Positions 29,281-37,253 of a DNA stretch of 64,000 nucleotides are shown piece by piece (position 1 is the first letter of the stretch; the number at the start of each line of letters is the position of its first letter). The notes under the pieces were generated by a model, which saw only the letters and a program-made list of their open reading frames with translations, ran no database searches and had not been told where the DNA came from. This DNA is from Candidatus Iainarchaeum sp. (GTDB lineage Archaea > Iainarchaeota > Iainarchaeia > Iainarchaeales > UBA10191), in NCBI GenBank assembly GCA_030649735.1, contig JAUSFL010000044.1, forward strand, positions 14,038 to 78,037, written 5' to 3'. A program made the translations under genes and the position numbers.

Positions 29281-29943
29281 ATGAAGCATTTTCCAATAGC
29301 TAAAGAATTGCATACTGATGTTCTGGCTCAAAAGTACGGGCAAATTTCAGCAAAAGTATTAAGGCATGATGAAAAAGCAAGGGAAGCGCACTTGATTGAT
29401 TCTAATGGAATTTCAAGAACTTTTGCAATAACGCTCTTTCCCAAAAGCATTCCCAAGCAAATCAAAAAGATTAATGAACAAATAAAGAATGGCAGTCCAA
29501 TTGGCGAAACTTTCAGGCAGAACGGCTTTGAAGTCAGAAAGAATGTTTTAAGCGTTAACATACTTCAAATTCCAAAATGGCTAAAGAATGATTTTAGAAC
29601 TGGAAAAGCAAGTGCAAAATACAGGATTTCTGAATTTTACGCAAAAAGCCAAAAATCAAAGCCAGTAATTTATGGGACAGTCATTGAAATTTACTCCCCG
29701 GACTTTAGGGAAGCCAAAATAAACCAAATTGACTTGATTCAATTAAGTGCTCCAACAGAAGCATTGAAAAAAGCAGGGTTTTCAATGCAGGAAATCTGGG
29801 AAAAAATCGGCGATGCTTCATTAAAATCCCAGCAAGCACTGAGAGAAAAAGCCAACCCAAAAGCCGGAAAACTAGTCAGAGAAATGGAAAATGAAATAAT
29901 GGATATTTTATCACTGCCTCACCAAAGCATTAGAAAGAGTTAG
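29281..29943 (+). CDS. Hypothetical protein (cassette-like ORF bounded by two direct copies of the dispersed element)
   Basis: 220-aa ORF; copies at 29256 and 29940, the latter providing its stop codon. Confidence 0.5.
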   Translation: MKHFPIAKELHTDVLAQKYGQISAKVLRHDEKAREAHLIDSNGISRTFAITLFPKSIPKQIKKINEQIKNGSPIGETFRQNGFEVRKNVLSVNILQIPKWLKNDFRTGKASAKYRISEFYAKSQKSKPVIYGTVIEIYSPDFREAKINQIDLIQLSAPTEALKKAGFSMQEIWEKIGDASLKSQQALREKANPKAGKLVREMENEIMDILSLPHQSIRKS

Positions 29944-29949
29944 GCACTA
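29940..29949 (+). repeat. Dispersed element copy (10/12) supplying the TAG stop of ORF 29281-29943
   Basis: AAAGAGTTAGGCACTAT; the stop codon TAG is at 29941-29943. Confidence 0.7.
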
Positions 29950-29969
29950 TTTTTTTAGAAATCAAGAGC

Positions 29970-30407
29970 TTACACAAATGCGGAAATCAAAACAATCAAA
30001 TACCACAAAGCCAAGTTTGTAATGCTTAGCATGCCTAATTGCTTTTTTGCTTTAAAGAATTCTTCAGAAGGCTTTTCGCCGGGCTTTGCAAGCTTTTGCA
30101 TTTTTTTAACCCTTAAAAAAATCAAGGCTCCAATTGCAACTATCAAAACCACCAAAGCATGCTTTATTAGTAGTAAATTCGTGTCAAGCGGCCATTTTAC
30201 AAGGCTTGTTACTGCAATTCCGGAAATTATGAGCAAAACCAAGCCAGCCCAGATTAGTTTTGACAGCGCGGGAATTATTTTCATCAAGCTTGCGGCAACT
30301 TCCGGATTTTTCTCCGCCTTCATTGAAATAATTGCGGCTGCTGTTGCTCCGCCAACTCCCCAGGCCAATCCAATAAAGTGCAGAAAATTGAAAATTTCTA
30401 AAAGCAT
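29970..30407 (-). CDS. Four-TM membrane protein
   Basis: Hydrophobic helices throughout. Confidence 0.45.
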   Translation of the reverse strand: MLLEIFNFLHFIGLAWGVGGATAAAIISMKAEKNPEVAASLMKIIPALSKLIWAGLVLLIISGIAVTSLVKWPLDTNLLLIKHALVVLIVAIGALIFLRVKKMQKLAKPGEKPSEEFFKAKKQLGMLSITNLALWYLIVLISAFV

Positions 30408-30525
30408 GCTTTGATTAAAAGCGCTTTAGTTTTTAATTTTTCCTGCCAAAAAGCCCGAAAAAGCGGGATAAAAAGAAAATAAAATGAAAAGCCGCAAAAA
30501 ACGGCTTTTCAAAAACTGGTTCAAA

Positions 30526-31002
30526 TCATTTTTTCTTGAACACGTTCAAGGCAAGGAATGCTCCAATAACTCCCAAGATTGCGCCAATTATTATTGCCAC
30601 AATTATGCCGATTATTAGGCCGACTATTCCAATTGCAGCTCCAAGGCCTGCAGCTGCTGGGTTTGAGCCAATGCCTGCCGAAATCAATGGCGCAACAAGC
30701 AATAACTGCAAAATTCCGCCAATAATTCCGGAAATTACTGCAACAACTGCTCCTGCAACAGCTCCTGAAACATATGCTTCAGCGGCTGGCGCTTTCTTTG
30801 CGGCTTCAAGGCCTGCCCAAATTACAACTACCCAAATCAGCAATCCAATAAGTCCTGCCAATCCAATCGAGCCAACTGCGGCAAGCGGGTTTCCTCCAGC
30901 GCCAGCCCAGGCAGCGTAAGTAATTGCAATCACGACTAATTCCAAAACAATGGCCAGTATTATTTGAGTTTTAACCGCCATTGCTGTTTTCATTATATCC
31001 AT
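30526..31002 (-). CDS. Gly/Ala-rich polytopic membrane protein
   Basis: AxxxG/GxxxG-rich TM segments. Confidence 0.45.
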   Translation of the reverse strand: MDIMKTAMAVKTQIILAIVLELVVIAITYAAWAGAGGNPLAAVGSIGLAGLIGLLIWVVVIWAGLEAAKKAPAAEAYVSGAVAGAVVAVISGIIGGILQLLLVAPLISAGIGSNPAAAGLGAAIGIVGLIIGIIVAIIIGAILGVIGAFLALNVFKKK

Positions 31003-31132
31003 TAAAATAATCCCTCCATTAATGTAATAGAAATAAACAACGAGCCCGGCTTAATAAAACTTTGCGGGTTAAAAAACAAGGGTTTTTTTCAATATTTTAA
31101 ACCATTCTGCCGGCCATTCTCAGTTATCAAAT

Positions 31133-31215
31133 ATTCAAAATTACGGAGCAAAAACTCTTTCAAACTTGCAGCGGAAATTCTAAAAGAGTTAGGCACTACA
31201 ATTGTTTCAGAAAAA
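31133..31215 (+). repeat. Decayed duplicate (~85% identity by eye) of gatE internal segment 28996-29078, centred on the dispersed element
   Basis: Window: ATTACGGAGCAAAAACTCTTTCAAACTTGCAGCGGAAATTCTAAAAGAGTTAGGCACTACAATTGTTTCAGAAAAAAAG. gatE: ATTACGGAGCAAAAATCAGTTCAAACTTGCAGCGGAATTGCTAAAAGAGTTAGGCACTACAAGTGTTTCAGAAAAAGAAG. Confidence 0.75.
31189..31200 (+). repeat. Dispersed element copy within a decayed duplicate of the gatE internal segment
   Basis: Exact 12-mer; flanks match gatE 28996-29078. Confidence 0.8.
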
Positions 31216-31223
31216 AAGCCAAA

Positions 31224-31565
31224 TTATAAGAATTTTACAAACTTGTTGTTTTCATTGACTAAAATCTTTTTTGCTTTCACTGGCTTGCTTGAAAGCTCAA
31301 AGCCCATTATTATCACGCGTTCTCCGGCTTTTATCAAGTGCGCTGCAGCTCCATTAATGCAAACAATTCCCGAACCTTCATTTCCGGGCATTATGTAAGT
31401 TTCAAGCCTTACCCCAGAACTCTTGCTAACAACCAGTGCTTTCTCCCCACTCAAGAAACCGGCTTTTTTCATAAGGGCAGAGTCAATGGTAATGCTTCCC
31501 TCATACTCTACATTAGCTTCTGTTACAGTCGCATCATGAATTTTAGACCTTAGCACCCAGCGCAT
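31224..31565 (-). CDS. panD: Aspartate 1-decarboxylase, pyruvoyl-dependent (bacterial type)
   Basis: Self-processing site EYEGSITID (Gly-Ser), KIHDATVT, INGAAAH; 113 aa. Confidence 0.82.
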   Translation of the reverse strand: MRWVLRSKIHDATVTEANVEYEGSITIDSALMKKAGFLSGEKALVVSKSSGVRLETYIMPGNEGSGIVCINGAAAHLIKAGERVIIMGFELSSKPVKAKKILVNENNKFVKFL

Positions 31566-31631
31566 TCCAAAACACCAATTATTTTCTTAAAGTATTTTGT
31601 TGCAATTAGTATTTAAGAATTTAAGTAAAAG

Positions 31632-31643
31632 TTAGGCACTACA
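31632..31643 (+). repeat. Dispersed element copy supplying the (minus-strand) TAG stop of ORF 31639-32826
   Basis: AAAGTTAGGCACTACAAA; the minus-strand stop is the reverse complement of CTA at 31639-31641. Confidence 0.8.
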
Positions 31644-32826
31644 AATTTGAAATTTTAACTACTCCCCATTCAAGAATTTCTCGCGAATCATAATATAGTG
31701 GTTTCCTACCATAATAAATCCAACCAGTTATTTTGTAAATGTGGTTTTTTGGAAGCCGCAGTTTTTCAAGTATTCTATCTGCGCTCAATCCAGTACTTCG
31801 TAATTGAATAGTTTTTTCATAAGTTTCCCATTCTTTCTTTAATCCACTGGAGTTTTTTAGAAATGTTTCAACTGCCTTAACAAATTTGGCTTGCTTTTTC
31901 TCCGCATATTTGAAAGGAATTTCCTGAAATAATTTGACAATATTTGGGCTTCGTCCATCAATATAGAATGAGATTTTCTGTGAAAGAGTTCCATCCTTTC
32001 TTAATGTCCTATTTTTCTCTCCAGCAATTGGTGAAGAAGTAACTCCAAACTCAGCCAACAAGGATTTTACTTGTTCATGAAATTTTATTAGCTCATTTAC
32101 CTTTGACTCAACTTTATGCAATCCAAAAGTTGCAGAAGTAAATGCATTCTTTGCTCTAATAAAAGGGCATTGCAACTCGTTGCCAAAAAGAACACTCAGA
32201 AAAGCGCGTTTTATCTCCTTATCAGAATTCATTACCCAATCAGGAACTTTTGTTGAAGAAGAAACTTTATCCCCAACAGGAGCGCCCGCCAAGAATAATA
32301 ATCTTGCAAGCGGAGAACTATTAACATTTAAACGATAATCACCCCCTTTTGGATAAGTTCGATATAGTACCCTATTTTTTATTTTTCTTATTTCTGACTC
32401 CGAAGAATTAATTGCCAAATGCGGTTCGATTTTGTATTGCTTGAACAATAATGATGCAATCAACTCCAAGTCTTCTTTCTCGCCAAAAAGGGAAAAGGCG
32501 CCCAAATGTTTCATTAAATGGCCATCACCAAATAGAAATGCAGATAGCTCTGTAAAAAGAAGAAAACTTTGAGTATCTTCTACTTTTAATGGAATCAATC
32601 TAATTGACTTAAGATAATTCAAGGCTCTAATTGGAAAAGGCACTCTTTTGTCAGATAACCAACTGTATATTGTCCTTTCAGGATGCTTTATCAAGCGCGA
32701 TATTTCAGAAATAGTCTTTATTGAATTTTGCAATTCTTTAGCTTGAATATACTTTTCTGCCAGGTTTAATTGCCGGTCTCCAAAAGAAGCAAGAAATTTA
32801 TTCTCATCAACAATTATTTCTTCCAT
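31639..32826 (-). CDS. Free-standing LAGLIDADG-like (double-motif) homing-endonuclease-like protein with N-terminal HTH
   Basis: LSAFLFGDGHL and a second degenerate KRAFLSVLFGNEL motif ~130 aa later; N-terminal HTH-like segment. The stop codon lies inside a dispersed element copy. Confidence 0.4.
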   Translation of the reverse strand: MEEIIVDENKFLASFGDRQLNLAEKYIQAKELQNSIKTISEISRLIKHPERTIYSWLSDKRVPFPIRALNYLKSIRLIPLKVEDTQSFLLFTELSAFLFGDGHLMKHLGAFSLFGEKEDLELIASLLFKQYKIEPHLAINSSESEIRKIKNRVLYRTYPKGGDYRLNVNSSPLARLLFLAGAPVGDKVSSSTKVPDWVMNSDKEIKRAFLSVLFGNELQCPFIRAKNAFTSATFGLHKVESKVNELIKFHEQVKSLLAEFGVTSSPIAGEKNRTLRKDGTLSQKISFYIDGRSPNIVKLFQEIPFKYAEKKQAKFVKAVETFLKNSSGLKKEWETYEKTIQLRSTGLSADRILEKLRLPKNHIYKITGWIYYGRKPLYYDSREILEWGVVKISNL

Positions 32827-32885
32827 TAATAACTTCTAATTTAATTATTTAAGAACACTGGGGAGCCAAAGCGCCAGTCGTAAAA

Positions 32886-33101
32886 TCAAACCATTTTGCC
32901 TGCAAGCCTTTTTGCAACACGCCTGCATTTCGTGTGAAAGTATTGTCCCATCCACTTAACGTCTGTCGGGCCTTTTCCGCAAATCGCGCAGGTTTCGCTG
33001 AATTTTCCCGAGTTTTGGCTTTCTGAAGCCCCAGAATTTTTTTGCAATGGAGCCGCAGAATTTTCTTCTGGCTTTTTTCTGAAACCGTCCAATAATCCCA
33101 T
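32886..33101 (-). CDS. Small zinc-ribbon protein
   Basis: CAICG...HTKC. Confidence 0.35.
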   Translation of the reverse strand: MGLLDGFRKKPEENSAAPLQKNSGASESQNSGKFSETCAICGKGPTDVKWMGQYFHTKCRRVAKRLAGKMV

Positions 33102-33155
33102 TAATGCACCTTTTACAAAAAGATTAAACCTGCAAAGTTATTAAATATTGCTTGA

Positions 33156-34085
33156 ATGCTTGATACTTGCATGATTCCCGAAAGGCTCAAGGCTGGCGAC
33201 TGCATTGGAATAATATCTCCATCCGGCGCTATGGAGAAAGAAAGAATGGGCCAGTTTGAGCATGGCAGGGCTTTTTTTGAAAAGCATGAATTCAAAGTAA
33301 TTTTGGCAAAAAACGCGCTAAGCAATTCTCTGGGCTATTCTGCAAGCCCTGCTGAAAAGGCAGAAGACTTGAACAGCATGTTCAAAGACAATTCAATAAA
33401 GGCCATTATTTGCTCGCAGGGCGGCCAGAATTCCAATTCTATTCTTCCATTGCTTGATTTTAAATCAATTGCAAAAAACCCAAAGATTTTCCTTGGAATA
33501 AGTGACATTACAGTATTATTGAACGCAATTTACTCAAGGACCGGGCTTGTCACATTTCACGGTAATGACTTGGTGTGGGGTTTTGGAAGAAACCCGACTG
33601 CTTATGACATCCTGGAATTTGATGATAGGCTGGTTGGAGGAAAAACAGGCCTAATTACCAAGAATTCAGAATGGATTTGCGTCAGGGAAGGAAATGCAAA
33701 AGGAGTATTGATTGGCGGGAGCATAAATTGCATGAACAAGCTTGTGGGTACAAAATTCGCGCCTGATTTTAAGGGCAAAATCTTGTTTTTGGAGTCTTAT
33801 GGGGAAGGAAGAACTGCAGATGAGCTTGACGGCCAGATACAAAGACTAAAGCAGTCGGGGGCTTTCGAGAAAATCAAGGGATTATGGCTTGGCTATTATA
33901 AATCAAAAGACAATTTTGCAATTGAAACAGTAGTGCAAAACTCCCTTAAAGAATTTGATTTTCCAATATTAAAGTGCAATGACTTTGGACATAATACTCC
34001 AAACACTACAATTCCAATTGGGGTAAAAGCAGAACTTGATGCTGATAAAAGAACTTTGGAAATCTTGGAAAAGTGCGTGAAATAA
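33156..34085 (+). CDS. LD-carboxypeptidase (peptidase S66, LdcA/MccF-like)
   Basis: GISDITVLLNA (catalytic-Ser GxSDxT motif) and two-domain S66 architecture. Confidence 0.78.
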   Translation: MLDTCMIPERLKAGDCIGIISPSGAMEKERMGQFEHGRAFFEKHEFKVILAKNALSNSLGYSASPAEKAEDLNSMFKDNSIKAIICSQGGQNSNSILPLLDFKSIAKNPKIFLGISDITVLLNAIYSRTGLVTFHGNDLVWGFGRNPTAYDILEFDDRLVGGKTGLITKNSEWICVREGNAKGVLIGGSINCMNKLVGTKFAPDFKGKILFLESYGEGRTADELDGQIQRLKQSGAFEKIKGLWLGYYKSKDNFAIETVVQNSLKEFDFPILKCNDFGHNTPNTTIPIGVKAELDADKRTLEILEKCVK

Positions 34086-34106
34086 TTCACCATTTTTGCT
34101 TTTTTG

Positions 34107-35192
34107 TCATGAATTCCTGACATACTCCAACGACAAAATGCCGTTAAGTTTTGGGGTTTCTGGATTCCTAATATTTTCCCCTTTAGGCGTATCAGTGCTA
34201 CCCTTCAGCACATCTCTGTCTGTGCTGAATCGAGATATGCCTTGGCGATACAAACTTGCAATATTGAATCCTGCGTTTGCATCGGCATTCTCAACCACCC
34301 CACATTTCGTGCAGTGGAATTCTTTTAGTTTTCTGTTCCTTGCTTCTATATGACCGCACTTACTACACCTTTGCGAAGTATATTGCGGTTCAACATAGGC
34401 AACAGGCACTCCGAACTTTTTGGATTTGTATTCTATCATTTTTTGCAACTGATAAAAACTCCAAGAGTTTATGGAATACCTCTGCTTTCTTCTCATTTTT
34501 GTAGTCTTTCGAATATCTTTCAATTCTTCAAGTACTATAATTGCTTTGCTATTTTGTGCTTCATCAATCAATTTCTTGCTTATCTGGTGATTAATATTCC
34601 TAATGATTCTGCTCTCTCTATCTTTGATTTTCTTAACAAGAGAATGCTTGCCATTCTTTTGAAGTGACCGTCTTATGTTTTTATATTTTGTGTGAATATG
34701 ATTGCACTTCTTACCTAGCTTAAGCACTTTTCCAGTATCAATATTTGAAGCTACAAGGACATGCTTAATTGTATTTCTATCCACACCAATCACTTGCTTT
34801 GGTTTGTATTGACAAGGTTCTTCGTATGAATATGACACATAAGCAAAAGTCTCCCCAATTTCAACTTGGTTTATCTTCTTAAATGAAATATTAAAGCGAA
34901 TTGGAAGTGTTAATTTCAGACAAGGTATTATTATCTCTTTTTTTGTGAATCTAATTCCTTGAGAAGGAACAGTCAGTTTTACTGAATTTACAGTTTTGAT
35001 TGTTTTATTTTTGGCATACTTTCGGAGGATTTGGTTGGCAATCACTGATTTCAAGCCAATATGTTTTACATCTTTGCTTGATAATGTTCTCTCTCTTATT
35101 GCATACTCAGCTATTTTCTTTGCCAAGCTAAGTTCTCTGCTAAAGTTCTGATAATGCTTTATTTTGAGAGTCAATATCAAAAAAGACCACAA
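34107..35192 (-). CDS. tnpB: TnpB (IS200/IS605 OrfB-family), solitary
   Basis: RuvC-I IGVDRN, E in IVLEELK, zinc finger CSKCGH...CTKCG. Only 21 nt separate its stop from the convergent ldcA stop. Confidence 0.85.
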   Translation of the reverse strand: MWSFLILTLKIKHYQNFSRELSLAKKIAEYAIRERTLSSKDVKHIGLKSVIANQILRKYAKNKTIKTVNSVKLTVPSQGIRFTKKEIIIPCLKLTLPIRFNISFKKINQVEIGETFAYVSYSYEEPCQYKPKQVIGVDRNTIKHVLVASNIDTGKVLKLGKKCNHIHTKYKNIRRSLQKNGKHSLVKKIKDRESRIIRNINHQISKKLIDEAQNSKAIIVLEELKDIRKTTKMRRKQRYSINSWSFYQLQKMIEYKSKKFGVPVAYVEPQYTSQRCSKCGHIEARNRKLKEFHCTKCGVVENADANAGFNIASLYRQGISRFSTDRDVLKGSTDTPKGENIRNPETPKLNGILSLEYVRNS

Positions 35193-35301
35193 AATAACTT
35201 GGCCTTTGATGTTTATAAGTGGTTGGAGACGCTAGATTTCCACTCGTTGCAATCCCCTCCGCGCTAGAACGAAACAAAGATTGTTGGGGCTAGCTCTAAA
35301 A

Positions 35302-36099
35302 CTACCAGTTTACTCTTTTACTCATAAATTCATAAAACAAGTAAATTTGGGCAAAGCCTTTATACTCGTGCCATAATTCTTCTGCTTTTTGCAAGTACTG
35401 GTCGTTTTTTGCTTCTTTTCCTTGAAAGTAAACTTTGCTCATTGCGCGCTTCATCCAAACATCCAATGGAAATCCATTAGTGTCGCCAAAGCCATAAAGC
35501 AGAATGCATTCTGCAATTTTTTCTCCAATGCCTGGGCAGGAAAGCAGGAATTCTTTCAGTTCTGCAGAGTTCTTGAATTTCAAATCTCCCCTTTGCAAGA
35601 CCTTCAGTGTAGTGCCTAACAAGTACTGGTCGCGAAAACCGCACTTTACTTTTCGAAAATCCTGCACTGTGCATTTTGCAAAGTCTTCAGGCATTGGAAA
35701 TTCATGCAGGCCTTCCACTTTTGCCCCGTAAGCATTCATTAATTCCTGCACGTTCATTCTGATTATTGGAATGCTCCTGTTCGAGCTTAGCAGGAAGCAG
35801 ACTATTGTTTCCCACAAGTCGCTTTGCGTCAAGCGCAGGCCTTTGTAATCCTTGACTGCCTGCTTCATGAAAGAGTCTGTTGAAATTTTCGCAAAAACCA
35901 TTTTGTAATTGTCATTGCTCCGTAAAGTGAACTCTGCAAACTTTGCATTATTGGTTTTCAGTTTTCCTTGCTCTTGCATTAACTCGACAATTTTTCCATT
36001 CCGGGCCCTTTTGAAAACTCCGCGGTCTTCCTGCCAGACAAACTGTGGAGTTTGCCCTGAAAGCATTGTCAAACCAAGATTCAATGACTTTGGCAGCAT
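35302..36099 (-). CDS. HhH-GPD DNA glycosylase (Ogg/AlkA-like)
   Basis: LLSCPGIGEKIAECILLYGFGDTNGFPLDVW HhH-GPD motif. Start uncertain (36099 or 36066); the ORF track extends to 36201, overlapping the divergent DJ-1 gene. Confidence 0.7.
   Translation of the reverse strand: MLPKSLNLGLTMLSGQTPQFVWQEDRGVFKRARNGKIVELMQEQGKLKTNNAKFAEFTLRSNDNYKMVFAKISTDSFMKQAVKDYKGLRLTQSDLWETIVCFLLSSNRSIPIIRMNVQELMNAYGAKVEGLHEFPMPEDFAKCTVQDFRKVKCGFRDQYLLGTTLKVLQRGDLKFKNSAELKEFLLSCPGIGEKIAECILLYGFGDTNGFPLDVWMKRAMSKVYFQGKEAKNDQYLQKAEELWHEYKGFAQIYLFYEFMSKRVNW
35608..35619 (-). repeat. Dispersed element copy (reverse) inside the ogg-family gene, in frame on the minus strand (LGTT)
   Basis: TGTAGTGCCTAA exact. Confidence 0.8.
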
Positions 36100-36133
36100 A
36101 TTATTTTTAAGGCTTGCAAAGCAAATTAATGTT

Positions 36134-36646
36134 ATGGGTGGAAAGAAGGCATTGCTTGTTATTGCTTCACGCAATTTTCGCGATGAGGAATTGTTTGACA
36201 CTCAAGCCGAGCTTGAGAAATCTGGAGTTCAATGCGTTATTGCCTCGACTTCGCTTTCAGAGGCTGTCGGAATGCTTGGCGGAAAAGCAAGGCCGGCTTT
36301 GACAATTGACAAAATAAATGCTGAAGATTTTGACGCTTTGGTTTTTGTCGGGGGCTCTGGCTCTGAAACTTTTTTCAAGAACCGCTTTGCCTTGGGATTG
36401 TGCCAAAAATTCGCAAATGCCGGAAAAGTCACTGCGGCAATTTGCATTGCTCCGATGGTTTTGCTTAATGCAGGAGTTCTTAAAGGAAAGAAAGCGACTA
36501 TTTCCAAGGGAATTTCTGAAGAATTCAAGGAAAAAGGGGCAAATTACTCGGGCAATCCAGTGGAAGTTGACGGCTTGATTGTCACAGCGCAAGGCCCTAA
36601 GGACGCGAAAGAGTTTGGAAAAAGAATCGCGGCTTTTTTGAAGTAA
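36134..36646 (+). CDS. DJ-1/PfpI-family protein
   Basis: MGGKKALLVIAS..., nucleophile elbow AAICIAPMVL, 170 aa. Confidence 0.8.
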   Translation: MGGKKALLVIASRNFRDEELFDTQAELEKSGVQCVIASTSLSEAVGMLGGKARPALTIDKINAEDFDALVFVGGSGSETFFKNRFALGLCQKFANAGKVTAAICIAPMVLLNAGVLKGKKATISKGISEEFKEKGANYSGNPVEVDGLIVTAQGPKDAKEFGKRIAAFLK

Positions 36647-36660
36647 AAACCAGCGATTTT

Positions 36661-37063
36661 ATGAGATTCAGATTCTACAAAAGCCCGGATTTTAAGGAAT
36701 TAATTGCCTTATTGAAAATCAATGGCTCTTTTGACAAGGCGACTGACAGCAAAAGGATTTTCAGTAAATTAATCAGGCAAAACCCAAAGTCAATAATCCT
36801 TGCTGTTGAAGGAAAGCAAAATTGCAGGGTATGTTTTTGCAATTTTCACCCCGTTTGAGTCTTACATTCATCATTTGGGAGTTGCTCCGACATTCCAGAG
36901 CAAGGGACTTGGAACAATGCTTTTGAAGTTTGCTGAAAAAACCTTGAAACAGGAAGGCGCCAAAAGAATCAACTTGTTCTGCAGCAAGGACAAGATTGAA
37001 TATTATAAGGACCGTGGCTGGGTTTTTTTGGAAAACGCGGCTTGCTTTGAAAAATACCCTTGA
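36661..37063 (+). pseudogene. GNAT acetyltransferase interrupted by a 1-nt frameshift near 36815-36825
   Basis: ORFs 36661-36858 and 36800-37063 together form one GNAT (…ILAVEGK / KIAGYVFAIF…HHLGVAPTFQSKGLGTMLL). Removing the c in AAGCAAAATT restores VEGKKIAGYV. Confidence 0.55.
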
Positions 37064-37116
37064 AAAAACTTGTTTTTTAACAGTTTCCTTCCACTATTTT
37101 TTTGAAAAGAACCGCT

Positions 37117-37189
37117 AGCCCCGTAGTATAGTGGCCAAGTATGCCGGGCTTTGAACCCGTTGACGGGAGTCCGAATCTCCCCGGGGCTA
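37117..37189 (+). tRNA. tRNA-Gln (anticodon UUG)
   Basis: Acceptor AGCCCCG/CGGGGCT, anticodon loop CTTTGAA, T arm GGGAG-TCCGAAT-CTCCC, discriminator A, no encoded CCA. Confidence 0.8.
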
Positions 37190-37253
37190 TTAGCCAAAAG
37201 TTAGTAGCCTCTTTCCTCGTTTCTTTTAAAGTCCGAGGAAGGAGGTTATTAAC

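Noticed and set aside
35291-35302. 12-mer GTTTTAGAGCTA (minus strand), identical to the start of the S. pyogenes Cas9 crRNA repeat, upstream of tnpB-2
   Set aside because: Isolated 12-mer with no repeat array or tracrRNA-like continuation; a chance match of this length is plausible.
37193-37205. AAAGTTAGTAGCC after the tRNA as a further copy of the dispersed element
   Set aside because: Only ~8/12 identity to the core; too degenerate to call.
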